Shown here one piece after another: positions 12,701-26,190 of a stretch of DNA of 64,000 nt. The stretch is from Lingula anatina (lineage: Eukaryota; Animalia; Brachiopoda): positions 15,934,001-15,998,000 of the forward strand of contig CM120640.1 of the NCBI GenBank assembly GCA_051362555.1, written 5' to 3'. Every line of letters starts with the position of its first letter. Position 1 is the first letter of the stretch. A program made the translations under genes and the position numbers. The notes under the pieces were generated by a model. The model searched no databases and had not been told where the DNA came from. It worked only from the letters and a program-made list of their open reading frames with translations.

Positions 12701-15700
12701 TGCCAGTGTTTGCCCCTGTATACATGACTCTAGTCAATGTGCTGCTGACCAAAGTGCAATATCCCAGTGATGAGGTGTTTGCGGGGATGAACAATGAGGA
12801 GAAAGAACAGTTTAGGTGCTACAGACAGGACATCAGTGACACTATGGTGAGATTTCTTGGTCTTTTTAAATGGACAGACACAGTGTGTCAGATCATGCTG
12901 CCATCACCTTCTGGTTTTTCCTGTCATTGTCACCTTGCACTTTTTGTTATTAGAAAATTATAAATGTAAGTTATAAACATAGTTTACAGTAGTAGATATT
13001 TAAACTGCAAGGACCATGGGGTAGAAATATATAATATGATATTCATTTGTTTTAATTATGGTTATTTATTACTAAATGGTTTTATGTAAATTGCACTGAG
13101 ACACTTGTGTAGTGCAACTCTTAAGACGTGAGTTATTAATATTATTGTTGTTATTATTATGGTATGTATATAGTGACATATATAGATTATATTTTCTCTT
13201 TTTGCCAGAACTTGGTCAATAATTTCTCAGTTATAATGACATTTTAAAATGCAATTTCAGATGTACACATATGGAATCTTACGGGAAAGCATTCTGGTAA
13301 ATTTAAACTCCAGTCTTCAAGGAATTATAGAGAGATCATCCACAGGAAACTTCAAGTGGCAGGTAAGGCACTGACTGGACACTTATCAATTTAAAATTAA
13401 TGCTTGAAATATAAACTAATATAAATATATATATATATGTTTTTGGTTTTACCTGACCCCAAAAGAGGAAATCAGCATGGTTCATATTAAAAGAAAATGT
13501 ACAGTCTCAAATTGGCCATTGTACAATTTCACATGAACATAAAAGTGTGTTATGGTATTTTACTTTTCTAGGAAATAGAAGCCATGTTGTTCCTGATGGG
13601 ATCCATAGCAGAAAGCATTGATTTAGAGGAAAGTGTCTTCTTGCCAAACATGTTCAACATGTTGCCAAGACTGCCTTTTACCAACACAATACTCATCTCT
13701 ACGACACTGTACACCATAGGTAGGTATAGGTGCCCTAACTTAATACAGTACTCATCTCTACTACACTGTACGCCATAGGTAGGTATAGGTGCCCTAACTT
13801 AATACAGTACTCATCTCTACTACACTGTACAACATAGGTAGGTATAGGAGTCGTTGGTTTACTGTAACTTGAATGATTAAGTATACAGAAACATCATTGC
13901 TATAAGTTTAGATAGAAAAAAGTAGTGAAAAATGAAATGCATGAAAAAAACTTGCCTTTTATTGAGATACAGTTATCTATCTCTGTTTTTTGTCCAATGT
14001 TTTTGACAGACACAAGCATTGCATCTGGATATGAAAATATAGTACCAACTCTGAGTCACCTTTAATAATAACAATAATAATAATAATAATTCTTACTAGT
14101 AAAAATGATAGTAATTACAAGAAATAATGGTTTTAGTAATTATAACAATACCAGCAACAATAATCATGGTAATCAGTTCTGAAATTCTAAAGATAAGATT
14201 CCCCCCAATATTCCAGGTTACTATGCAGAGTGGATCAACTGCCACCCTGATGTTCTCCCCAGTATTATCCCCCTCATTCTAGAGGGCATGAAGAACCCAG
14301 AGGTGGCCCAGTCTGCCACCCTCGCCTTGAAAGATGTGGCCAGGGAGGGACAGGAACACCTGAAACCTTTTGTCCATGGAATATTGACTGCTAGTCAGGT
14401 GGTTTTAGAGAGTGGAATATTAAAGGTATTGAAATATTGAATAGAAGTCATTTCATTTAATGATTTACTTATTTTCATCGTGAAACTTTTTAACATAGGC
14501 TGACTTATTATGTCATTTGTTTAAAATTTACCCATGTTCTCATACTTTCATTTATTTTTTAGATGTTGAATTATATTTTTAAAATGCAGCTCATATTTCT
14601 CACCCTTCATCTGATTACACATTTATACATTTCAGTCCAGAGACAGTATTAGGTTGATGAACTGTGTAGGCTATGTGGTCTCTGTATTACCTGTTGAAGA
14701 GATTATGCAGTACCTCAACATTCTGCTCACTCCTCACATGCAGAAACTAGACCAACTGGCTGATCAGGAGGTAATTTTTTTAACATAAAATTTGTTTACT
14801 TTGTTTGTTTGTGTTATCAATATATTATTTTGAATTTATTTTATTTTAACGGATTTACTTAAATAGTTGAAGTATAGATCTGTGGCTGATTTTATAAAAG
14901 TTTTACATTAACTTGATTGCAATATGATTACCAATTTACTATGATATTGTCACAGCAAACTGGAACCCTCCATTTGCATTAAACTAATTAAAAAAACTTA
15001 TTAGTAATATAATTTACAGATTTGTATTGTTCAAATCCAAAATTTGTATAGATCAAATGATGCACTGTTCTGTAATCTTCCAGCCCACGGCAGCAGTGAA
15101 GGCAGGCATCTTGGAGAAGATCCAGATGCTGACATGGCTGTTTAATTCCCTAGATACCAGAGGTGAAGATGAAATCAGGAAAGAGGGTGGAGAGATGAAA
15201 GTGTCAGGAAAGAAACACAGTGAAGGTCCACAGCCAGTATGTACAGTTATTCTTATCATGTGTGAATTGTTTATTACCTTGATGTGTTTTATTCAGAGTG
15301 AACTGTTCTGTCCAGTTTTTCTTCAAATGGGGTTTATCTCTCCTTGAGGAAGATCATTTTATTATGGAAAGACATTCCAGTAAACGTGTAATGTTGATAG
15401 CATTAAGATGTGCCTTTTTCCCCTCCAGGTTTATTGTGTATTGCCCATATGTTTCAGGTGTTCTTAATCCTCAGACAAGTGTCTCCCATCATGCAGAAGG
15501 TGATTAACAAATGGATCAATGATGCAGGCATTATTGAGGTGTGTATATTCACTTCTATATACCCTTTGCTTAAAATATTCAATTCTTCCCTGCCTTCTCT
15601 AATTCCTTTCTCTATCTCTGATACTCTTGTCCTCCTCAATGGCATATTCCTTCTCCTTCACCTATCCCACACCTACAAACTCTCTCACACACCAATCCCT

Positions 15701-18700
15701 CTTCGAGTCTTGTATAACTCCTTTCAACTGTCCCACTCATATATCCTCACATATCCCAGTTTGACCTCACAAGTAACACTCTCTTAACTTCTCTCTCACT
15801 TGTAACCACTCTCTCACCTGTCCCTCACATATAACTTGTCTCTCACCTGTCCCACTCATATAGCATCTCCCTCACCTGTCCCTCTCAAATAACTTCTCCC
15901 TCACCTCTCCATCTCATATAACATCTCCCTTACCTGTCCTCATATCACATCTCTCTCACCTGTCCCACTCATATAACATCTCCCTTACCTGTCCTTCTCA
16001 TATAACATCTCTCTCACCTGTCCCACTCATATAACATCTCCCTCACCCGTCCCACTCGTATAACATCTCCCTCACTTGTCCCCCTCTTATAACCTCTCTC
16101 CAGCTCATCCAGTGTCTCACATATGAACTTGCCCAGTCACTCTCTTGACTACATGTATGCTTTATTCAGTGCTGTTGTGTCTTTCAGTCCATCTGTGATC
16201 TCCTGAAGAAGTGCCTGAGGACGCTGATGGATGACTTTGACCCCCTGGTAGAGGAGGTCAGTGAGATGCTGGCCCAGATCTACTGTGCAGCCGCTCACAC
16301 ACCCATACTTGACTTGGCAAAGCAGGTAATGGGACAAGAGAAAATTCATGATTCTATCTACAGGTTTAAGTCATTCCTGTTTTACAGTTCTGTGTCAAAG
16401 TTATGACAAAAAGGTTTTCCGTGAGTTTTAGTTTAATACATTTTGCATTGTCCCTTTTGTAGTGATAAGGTTGAAAATGTCATGTTTCTTAGGTAAAAAC
16501 ACCCTCTAGTCTGTATAGAAATGATATACCCTTTTTACTAAATTTAGTGTTTGTGAATTGTGCATTTGAGCATATTTTAGCTAGTTTCGGCTTCTGGTGC
16601 AAGTATCTTAATGTCACAGAGGTCTTCATTTGAAAACTGCTGTCTTAATGGTATTCTTGAGGCCCAGAGACAGGATGCAAATGTGGAAACTTGATGCTTA
16701 AGGGCACAATGTTTAACTAAAAGGAAACATCAATTACTGAGCAGCCGGAGAAGATATATAATATATAGTCATATATTAATTTTTACAAAGCTTTCTCTCC
16801 CAAAATTCCTGATAAATTTTCATAAAAAAGAAATTATGAAAATGTGAGCTTGTGTCATTTTGATTAAAAGTGACATTATTTGTTGCTTTACCTGATAGAT
16901 TAGGAAAACCTGCTTAGTACAATCTGGGAGAACCATTCTTTGATCAGCTAAATTATATTCCACAGATTTATGATATGAACTCTGAGCATGCTGAGCCTAC
17001 AAATAATATTTTAAAATCCATTCATGTAAATCAAAATGTGTGCATTTAAAGAATTGCATGATGTAATAGACTTCCTGTTGAAAAAATCCAGATTATATTC
17101 ATTATCACTTTACATAATATAAATCCTGTAATTTGTTTTATGTCCAAAAATTGATTTCTGTGATTTCACTGCCCAACCTTTTCAGATTCTGCTGCTGTTT
17201 GCCTCAGACGACAAACACAAAATGACAGTCCAGTCATTATTTCTGGCTCTTTGTAATAAAACATTAACTGTTGCTGAAACAGGTTAGTTGATCAAAAAGA
17301 TGGAATGCAGTGTGAATAATTGTGATAGTCTTTGCTTAATAGAGCAGTTGCATTTCCCCCATCATATAATCAAATGTGTGCATTTTCAGAGGAAGGGGAC
17401 AATAAGATGACCATGAGTTGGGAACAAAAAGTTGGTCAGATTTTACTGGCTTATTTTAAAGTACAAGTAATGGGTGCTTCAAGATTCCACCAGGGCTTAT
17501 TGATTGATAAATTAGATACAAATTGATAGAATAAATGTAAGAATTTTTCTTGTAATGCCGATCAGCCCATTGTTGATCGACACATGGATTGATTTTGATA
17601 ATATAAGATGTCCTGTTGATAGAAATCAACTATTATTTTATTTCTGGAAGGTGCAAGAGAGAATACGGATCTTGTGGAAGCATTTATGTTGCTGCTGGCT
17701 CAGGTAAATACCATGTCTCATTTTGCATATTGGCAGATGGTTGTGAATAGGTCTCATTTAAAAAATGTAAAAGTGAAAAAAAGTCTGATTCTTGTTTAAC
17801 ACACTCCACTGTGTCTCAGTGCAGTTTACAGTAGGTGACAATACAGAAATTTGCCTGAAAAGATTTTTTGAAGAAAAGTGTGTATAAAACTGAATATACA
17901 CTACAAAACGTTAAAGATCCAATGCTAAGATTTAAGTGAAACATGACAGTCAGTTTTGTATCTCTCAAGAAATGTTAATGCTAGTCCAAGTTTAAGTATG
18001 TTTTTAAATTTGTCTCATTTTTTGATTTTCAGCTGATTAGGAAGTGCTCCACATGTATCAGTTTTTTCTTCAATGAACAGTGCAATATCCTTGGATTGTT
18101 TCAGTTAGGTGAGAAGAGTTTATCTCCTCCATCCCAAGTAATAAATATGCCATTCAAGAGACATATGTAAATTGCAGTATATGTATAGTTTGATTGATAC
18201 TTGGCTTCTGAAGACCACTTTTGTTGATGTCAACTACAAGTTAAATTTTATTATTTTAATTTCACAACTATTAATTGATGAGGCAATCAAATGATAATTT
18301 TGGTGATTGATTGATTGAAGCACTAAACTGTGCTATCAGAACCCATTTATTTTCAGTAGGAACCTTCTTATTTTCTTTTTCAGTTTCTAGATTTATCATA
18401 AATTTAATTAAAAACTGTGAGAGGAATAAAATATTAATAGATTTATAATTATTTTTTCTTTCCCTCAGGAGTTGTAGGCATCAGTTTACCAGAAAATGGC
18501 ACAGTGAAAGCTTCTTGTAGTTTCTTGGTGAGTGTAATGTTTCTAGTTCTAGAACATTGATAATGGCATTTTCTCCTTTTACATAAACTAAATGTATGAA
18601 GCAGTTTATACAAGAAGTTTCAGTGTGCATTCTTTGATTCTCTATTGTTATTGGCTTAGAATTTGTGCTACCATTCAAAACACATTTAAAAACATTATCT

Positions 18701-20089
18701 TCAAAACATTATGCTTTACATATTGTATATTGTTAATTTACTGTTTGAGACAGTTTCAGGGGACAGAATGTTTTGTCCCTGAGAACCGTGGTCTTTTAAA
18801 GCATGCATGCAGATACTAGTCAAAGTCTCCTACTTCTTTTTACTGATTAAACAGAAGTTAAAACTTCTTTCAGAGTGAATTTATTACAAATTCCTGCAAA
18901 CTTCCTTCTGTAAAAGAGATCATATTGAACCATGGTCACACATTGATTGAGAGGATATTGCGGGTAAGTAATATTGGCTAGATTTTATTTGATGCTATGG
19001 AAACAATGATAGAAGGGCAATTTATAAAGCTTGTTTACCATAGTTTCTCTTCTACAAGTTTTAGTTTTTAAATGTATGAAACTGGTCAGGTGGGCTTTCA
19101 TTTTGAAATAAAACAATTTAGCATTGAACTGAGTTGACTGAATTCAGTTAATGTGAGAGAAATATCAATCGGCAGATATCTGACTTTTTGGGAGGCAAAA
19201 ATATCATTGGCCTAAGCAGCCCCCTGGACCCCTCACCATATTTTCTGACTTTTTCACTAAATGGCAGTCCCTGATTAATACCTTTTTTATTTTTTATTAA
19301 TTTGTTAATTTAGCTATGTATTTATTTTAGGCAATTGGAGGAGATTCCCCAAGAGGTGTAATTGACTCCATGGCAGATGTCATTCTTGCTCTAAACAGGA
19401 ACCACTGTGAATACTTCAGGAAGTGTTTACAGGGCCTGCTGAGCCAGCCAGACTTCCCCAACAACAGGGTCACACAGCAGCAGAAGGAACAGTTTGTCAA
19501 AATGGTTATGAAGTAAGTTCATCTGCTGATAATAGTATAATACAATTTTTTTACTTTCTGTGAGGTCAACTTGACAAATGAATTAACTGAAGCTGGGATA
19601 ATTGACTGATGTCAATTAGTGAGCGTCAAAATTCTGTGACCATGTAACAATAATTGTAATGATTTATTTTAATATTGCAGCCAGAAGGCTGAAGTTTTAC
19701 ATTTGTTATAAAATAGAATTTTGAAGGATATATGGAAATTAATTAAATTACTGTATATAAAAATCCATTCATAAAAGATAAGGTGTTAGTGTGGTATTCT
19801 TAAATGTTTAAAGATAGGTAATGATCACTGTTTACCATTGAATGTTTAGTAAATCTTATCAGACATCAAATACATTATGGAGCCCTGTAGAATTTATTCA
19901 CCATGCTTGTTTCTATCATTGACCTATGCTTTAACATTTTTTAATAAATTAACAGTGTGTATGTTCATTGTATTTTGCAGGGAAAGAGTCCACAAGAGGA
20001 GGTTAAAAGAGACAGTGAAAGAATTCACCTTGATGTGCCGTGGTATGATTGGAACCGAGTATGCTGCCCAGTCTGTGGGTCTTATATGA
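8477..20089 (+). CDS. IPO13: Importin-13, 26 coding exons
   Basis: Exons 8477-8506, 8770-8892, 9134-9192, 9372-9480, 9644-9742, 10167-10220, 10498-10570, 10850-11066, 11582-11666, 11839-11967, 12279-12359, 12658-12846, 13261-13362, 13572-13719, 14217-14425, 14636-14770, 15084-15236, 15458-15538, 16188-16325, 17186-17282, 17651-17703, 18033-18108, 18469-18527, 18874-18963, 19331-19512, 19981-20089. Motifs MDITVENIEKAIYQFY, AQASPAAWSFCWELL, GPKIVLTRLCV, LLEILTVIPEE, FPVDENCSDMTFSFWYVLQD, EKEQFRCYRQDISDT and KETVKEFTLMCRGMIGTEYAA. Confidence 0.95.
9745..9786 (+). repeat. (TAG)n microsatellite directly after an IPO13 splice donor
   Basis: About 14 uninterrupted TAG units. Confidence 0.95.
13690..13848 (+). 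repeat. 59-bp tandem triplication spanning an IPO13 exon end and splice donor
   Basis: ACTCATCTCTACnACACTGTACnnCATAG|GTAGGTATAGG recurs, with donors after 13719, 13778 and 13837. Confidence 0.9.
15780..16140 (+). repeat. Pyrimidine-rich minisatellite, about 30-bp unit, intronic
   Basis: Repeated CTCACCTGTCCCACTCATATAACATCTCC-like units. Confidence 0.85.
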
Positions 20090-23040
20090 TACATGGATAC
20101 AGTTTCTTCTTGAATTGAATCATTCTCTTTAGAGAGTTATGAATGCTTTAACCTTATGCTTTCTCTCATGCTGCTGGGGAGAGCTGCCTCTTGATATTAC
20201 TACACGGCATGTAGATTGTCCATTGACTTCAACCTACATTGATATTGAAGTGCAGGGCTGACAACTCTTTATGTTGATATTATAGAAACAAATGATACAT
20301 TCGTCAGCTGTGTCGAACTTGTGTGTTTGTTTAAAAAAAAAAGAAAACCTCAGTCAAACCAACCTACTGAAGCACCGTACTGAATATTTCTTTTTTAAAA
20401 CCACTTTTCCAAAGTTCATCTTAACCATATTGTAATGTTCAACCATATTTCTGAACCAAGGTTTTTAAGTTGGATTTTAATCAATTCCATCTATATCCAA
20501 TGCATAAACAAACTTGAAATATAAAGATTCAGTATTTTTTGATACTGTGATTTTGTCTGATTATTAAAGCAACCAAAAGAATTGTTGGGAATGAAGAGAG
20601 AGTAATTCTGAAACTTTTTGGAATTCTTGTTATCTTTAATGGCTTTTGTGTAGAAAATATGTCAATTTTTAATGGCAAGTTTATACATAGCTTATTATAT
20701 CCTCAAAAGAATAAGACAGTGGTTTGAATGAGGTTGAATAACTATCATGATTCAATTTTGATTAATTTATAATTGATTGAAAGTGATGATTTGTGATACA
20801 ATATAGCCAGGAGATTAGTTTAATTCCTATGTTGTTGTAAGGCAACATGCTACAAATGTTCAAATTTCAAAGACCTATCAAGTTAAAATTGTTGGTCATT
20901 TACAATTCTCAGATCAACTTTCCTTGTAAATAATTCTTGAAGCTCAGCTAATTACCTGTACCAAAGAGACATTAATTGATGTAGTTCTCCAAACAAAAAA
21001 TGTGAATTAGCTGAAGTGCAAAAAATTATACATATACAGTTTTAATTATTTATTTACAAGAAATTCATGTTATGGAGAAAAAAGTTGTTTTAGAATGATT
21101 TAGAATATGCACAATAATTTTGGTGCTACAGTTGACGTATAGATAATTACAGCAACCTATACATGTTGTTGCAGAATTAATGAGAGCTAGTTTTCTTTAG
21201 TTCTTACTGCTTGGTGAACTTGGTGAACTATGTGACCAATTTTATTTGCTTGACAAAAACTTTAAGATCGTGATGTGTCTGCGCTTAGAGGGCTGTCTAT
21301 TTTTGATTGAAATAACCATTTAATTATTCATACGGTATTTTATGCCAATAATTTGCATCCTCGTTCTTTGATAATCTTTTATCACCAATCAAATATGATT
21401 CCATTATATAATGATAACGTGCTAATAAATTTTTATAGTAATGCATTTTAATAATTTTTAAAGTTGAATGATTTTAAAATCTCTATCCCCTCCAAACAAT
21501 TTTTTTTAGATGTGTGTGTGTGCGCGCTTATGTCTTACCTTCAGTTGTAAATCATTAGCTAATAAGTATACAGCCAGTTGCTTGCGGTGCTTATACTATG
21601 AAGTCTATTTCCACTGTAGACTACATGAATTTTTTACGCACTTTCTCGTAACATACCAAAACCAACTGAACATGTGACCATAAATCCTCTATATGGCCAT
21701 GACGTCGATGACGGCAAAGCATCATGTTCACATGGTGGTACTAAACTATATGCATCAACATAACAAACAAACAAAATAATAACATTCCAATATTTATGCA
21801 TCATAATATTCCAATATTACCTACGTATTGCAAACGGGTATCTGCGAATTTCCCATATATTTGTGAATATGAACTTGAAGAACACGGTAAAAATTCGCCA
21901 ACATAAAATGATAAATACATGATCATACATGATGAGGTAATACTGTTTGAATTATACAAAATAATATTTAAACCAGCTTCAGATTTTTTTTCATTTTCTG
22001 CAATCCTTTAACGGTTTCGCATACTTTCCTAAAATCACGGTAAGTACATATGCTGCATAAAGCAGTAAAATCTATTGCCACTGTATTTGATATTTTCTTA
22101 GATTGTATTTGATATTTTCATAGCAAAACACATTGAACTCAATGCATTCCTCTATGCGTTTATGACGTCTATGACGGCAAGGCGTCACGTTCCTATGGTG
22201 GTATAAACTCCATGAATCAACTGAACGTACAAAAAAGCAACCGAATCATTATATTAAAATAACACCTACATTCGCGTATTGCAAACTAATAATCGATGAA
22301 ATTTATTTTCTCTTTTTTGTAAATATGAACCTGAAGAACACGGCTGAACTTCTCCTAACTGACTATAAACCTTCACTGCTTGGATTCAATAAAATTTGAA
22401 TATTGTAGAGTGTATTTCTAAGTTTCGTCATTTTAACGCGATTGAACGAGTTATTACACTCGCTTTTAGTGCAACCATCAACGTATTATCATTATTTAAA
22501 TGTGACAATGAAAATCGCGCAAACTCGCTCTTGAACAAGCCAAAAAAAATTGATAGGCTTATTTGAATTATACAAAATTGATTTATCCAGAACCTTTTTT
22601 TTTTTTTTTTTTTTTTTTTTGTGACACGATTAAACGATCTCTCTTACCTTTACTAAAATGGCGATTGTCAATAGCAGCACTTGTGCTGTAAAATATATTT
22701 TCACAATTATTTGAAATTCTCTGAGATTCACTCTTCCTCGTAACATAGCAAAACAAACACGTAACAGACGTCGATGACGGCAAAACGTCATGTTCCTATG
22801 GTGGCACAAAACTACATGCATCAACAAAACACAACCGCAACATGGAGTCTAATATTCAATTGCACTGATTCAAATGTTACCTATATTCACGTATCGCAAA
22901 CTAATAATTTATGAATTTTCTTCCTTCTATTTGTAAATATAAACAAAGAACATGACTAAATTTCCCCCAGAAAACACACTACGCGGAAATACTGATTGTT
23001 TTATACATAATTTAATTTAACCAGCATCACACCTTTTTGA

Positions 23041-23284
23041 GGTCATGTCGATACTCCCCCCGCACCGTTACTCCCCCGCACCGATACTCCCCTGCACCGA
23101 TACTCCCCCGCATCGATAATCCCCCTTAGTAATTTTTTGTATTATGCGCATCGATACGACCCCACACCGATAGATCCCCGCACCGATACTCCCCCTCAGT
23201 ATATCTGTAATTGTGGGGGAGTATCGGTGCGGGGAAGTATTGGTGCGGGGGAGTATCGGTGCGGGGACGTATCGACATGTAACC
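23041..23284. mobile_element. Foldback-type MITE whose TIRs are built from ~18-bp subrepeats
   Basis: Ends GGTCATGTCGATAC... and ...GTATCGACATGTAACC; tandem GATACTCCCCCGCACC units on the left and their reverse complements on the right. No clear TSD. Confidence 0.7.
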
Positions 23285-25199
23285 ATTTTTTTCACATTTA
23301 GGCCTACGTGACAATTTAACGATTGTTCTCACCTTTCCAAAAATCCTGATAAATATAGTCAATTGATCGCAGCGCTTATCCAGTAAAATCTATTTTCTCT
23401 GTATTTTATGTTCTCTAAGGTTCACTTTTCCTCGTAAGAAAGAAAAAAAAATTATAACCTTTAATCCTCTGGTGGCAACGTTTCTCGGATCAATGATAAT
23501 AACAATGGCAGTGTAGAACGTACATGTAACTATAACTTTCTTAACGTTTGCTGATAGACTGATAGTCTAACCAATGCATAACGGCTCTGTCACACCTAGC
23601 ATAAAAAGGTTCGTATGTAATGAGTATTGTGTGTGTCATCGATGACAACTTGGAGCGTACGCGAAGGCATCACCACTGAATTTATTGAACCTTCGTTTCA
23701 GTAACAACCTCTCACCTAAAATGAGGCCTACCTGTTGTAATTTGCATAACAATAAGCTGCTCAGCGTAGTGCGAGTTGTCTTCCCGAATGCTTACTTTGC
23801 AGTTCGACACGGTCGGGTGTAGACCTAGCAGTATGTGTGGTGCAGTCATGAGGTCGAGCTTTTAGAAGGCTTAGAAGCAAATGCATCCTTGTGAGTATCA
23901 GTATTTCTTCTATAACCACAGACATTTTCAAATACTAAAGGCGCAGACAAACGAAAGAATATTTATGACATGAGTCCTTGTACTACTATTTACTTGATTA
24001 AAACAAATTACATGTGCCCAACATATTTTCTATAATCTTCCATGAAAATTTGTAAATGATCTCTTTTGCGCTTCTCTGAAATGCGTCAATATGCACTGTA
24101 GTAGGTGATATAATCTTTAATATCAAGTGGAATATATTAATGGCGGTGTCAAAACCGTCCCCCAAATGAAACGGGTTGTGTTATCAGTTTTTTTTAATAA
24201 TTATTATAGCAAGAGGTAGTTATATCATTAGAAACTAATTTCAGACAATAAATTTAGACGTTACGCAACATTTTTTCTGCCTGGATGAGCCTGAACATCA
24301 GACAAGTCACTAAACACGCACGCCATTTCAATTTTAAGTGCCCTCTCCTCTGTAAAATTTAATGCATTATTCGTAGGTTAAAAGCCTGTCCGTCTAGTCT
24401 AAAGTAGTAAACGTTTCTATTTTCAGAAGCTCAATGAAATTCTGCACAACATGCTCCTGCAAGCAGCCTACGGAACCTAGCCTTTGTTTCACACACAGGA
24501 CTGCTCGTTCGTGCATAATATGAAAACTGAATAAATATTAAATAAATAATTCAGCGTTTTATTCGTTGTGCTATGAAATTTTGATGAAAAAATAGTAATC
24601 GTGATAAGCTGAAACGAGTAATATTATTTCATGTTTCAAGACTTCCAAACTCAATCGTCTTATTCTGATCTGTGAATAATGTCTTCTTTCTGTGGTACCT
24701 AAAATGAAAAAGTTGTAAAATACCGTATTCATAAACCGACAGCCCTCATTTTTAAATTTTCAAATTAAAATTCTGTTCTAAAGCAAAATGGAAATAATTC
24801 GTTTGTCCTCCTGGATATAAGTCCCCAATATTTCCTTATATAGCAAAGGGTCCTTTTTTGATGGGTTCTGTTTTTTTTCTACCGTGAATTGATTTATATT
24901 AGTTAGCCTATTCTTCGTATGAATAGTTCATTTTGACACTTGAGCAGAAAAATTAAAAAGGGGAATAATTCTAATTTGGACTTGAACTACGTTTTTAATG
25001 GCAACGATTAAAATTTGCCTAAATTTATATTTTGAAGGTAAACAAAAATGAATTTTTCAGTTTTTGTTCTCTGAAACAAATTGTGATAATTTGAAATGAT
25101 ATATAGAATATATTCTTGATTCCTTCATGTATTTTTGTGAACAATTTCGAATTTCACAAATAATGTTTGTTTTAATAGTTTAATTTGATACTCTTTCAA

Positions 25200-25495
25200 A
25201 TAGAATTGACTCGCCCCACCACACAGCCCCTGTGATGGAATGGACTTGCCCCACCTAATACCCCTCCATTTGAATAGACTCGCCCCACTTGACACTCCTC
25301 CGATGGAATGGACTCGCCCCACCAAGTACCCCCCTCCGATAGAATGGACTCGTCCCACCTGTCACCCCTCTAATGGAATGGACTCACCCCACCTGACATC
25401 CCTCCAATGGAATGGACCCGCCACACCTGTCACCCCTCAGATAAAATGGACTCGCCCCACCTGGCACCCCTCCAATGGAATGGACTCACCCCACG
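25200..25495 (+). repeat. C-rich minisatellite, about 36-38 bp unit, about 8 copies
   Basis: Repeated ATGGAATGGACTCGCCCCACCTGACACCCCTCC-like units. Confidence 0.9.
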
Positions 25496-26190
25496 TTGGC
25501 TATTTGCTCAGCTATTTGGTCATTTATACTATCCTCCATTAGTACAGGAGGATCCTAATAAATGTTTAGGATCAGTTGACGATGATGTTCTTTTCATTGC
25601 AACTCGCCTCACTCAAGTCATTCCACTGCTTAAGTTTTTATCTCCTGTGTAAGTTGACCTTGTGTATCTGCACGCAGTGGTTGGAGCTTGTCATTTGTCG
25701 GTGAGAAGTGACTAGTATATATAAAGCGTGTCAGTATACAGGCAGATGCAAGCGAGAGGCAGGGGTTAGAAGAAAGTATACCGAACAGTTGTCACTGTAA
25801 AGAACATATGCAGTGTAGTTATTCAACGCAAGTAGCAAAAAAGTATGTGAATACTGGATCATGGTGGTTTATTTTCATCACATGTCGGTAATTTCAGGTA
25901 CGTACCGACAATTTGAAGGTTTATAACATACAAATATTAACCTATTGATTCAGAGACATTTATTTCCTCCTTGTAGCAAATGTGAACATTGATCACTCGA
26001 CAAAATTGCTCGAAAATATTTCATAAACTGAAATACTTTTTCCATTCTACAAATCAAATTAATCTAGCTCAACAAGCTTTGTTGCAATTTTTCACCTTTT
26101 TCTAAAATCACGATAAGTATACAGCCAGTTGCATGTTGCGTTCTCCTCTTTCACTGTTTGATATTTTCTGAAATTCACTTTTCCTAGTAA

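Noticed and set aside
25125-25652. Repetitive ORFs (MDSPHL / WTRPT)
   Set aside because: They are translations of the ~37-bp minisatellite in several frames.
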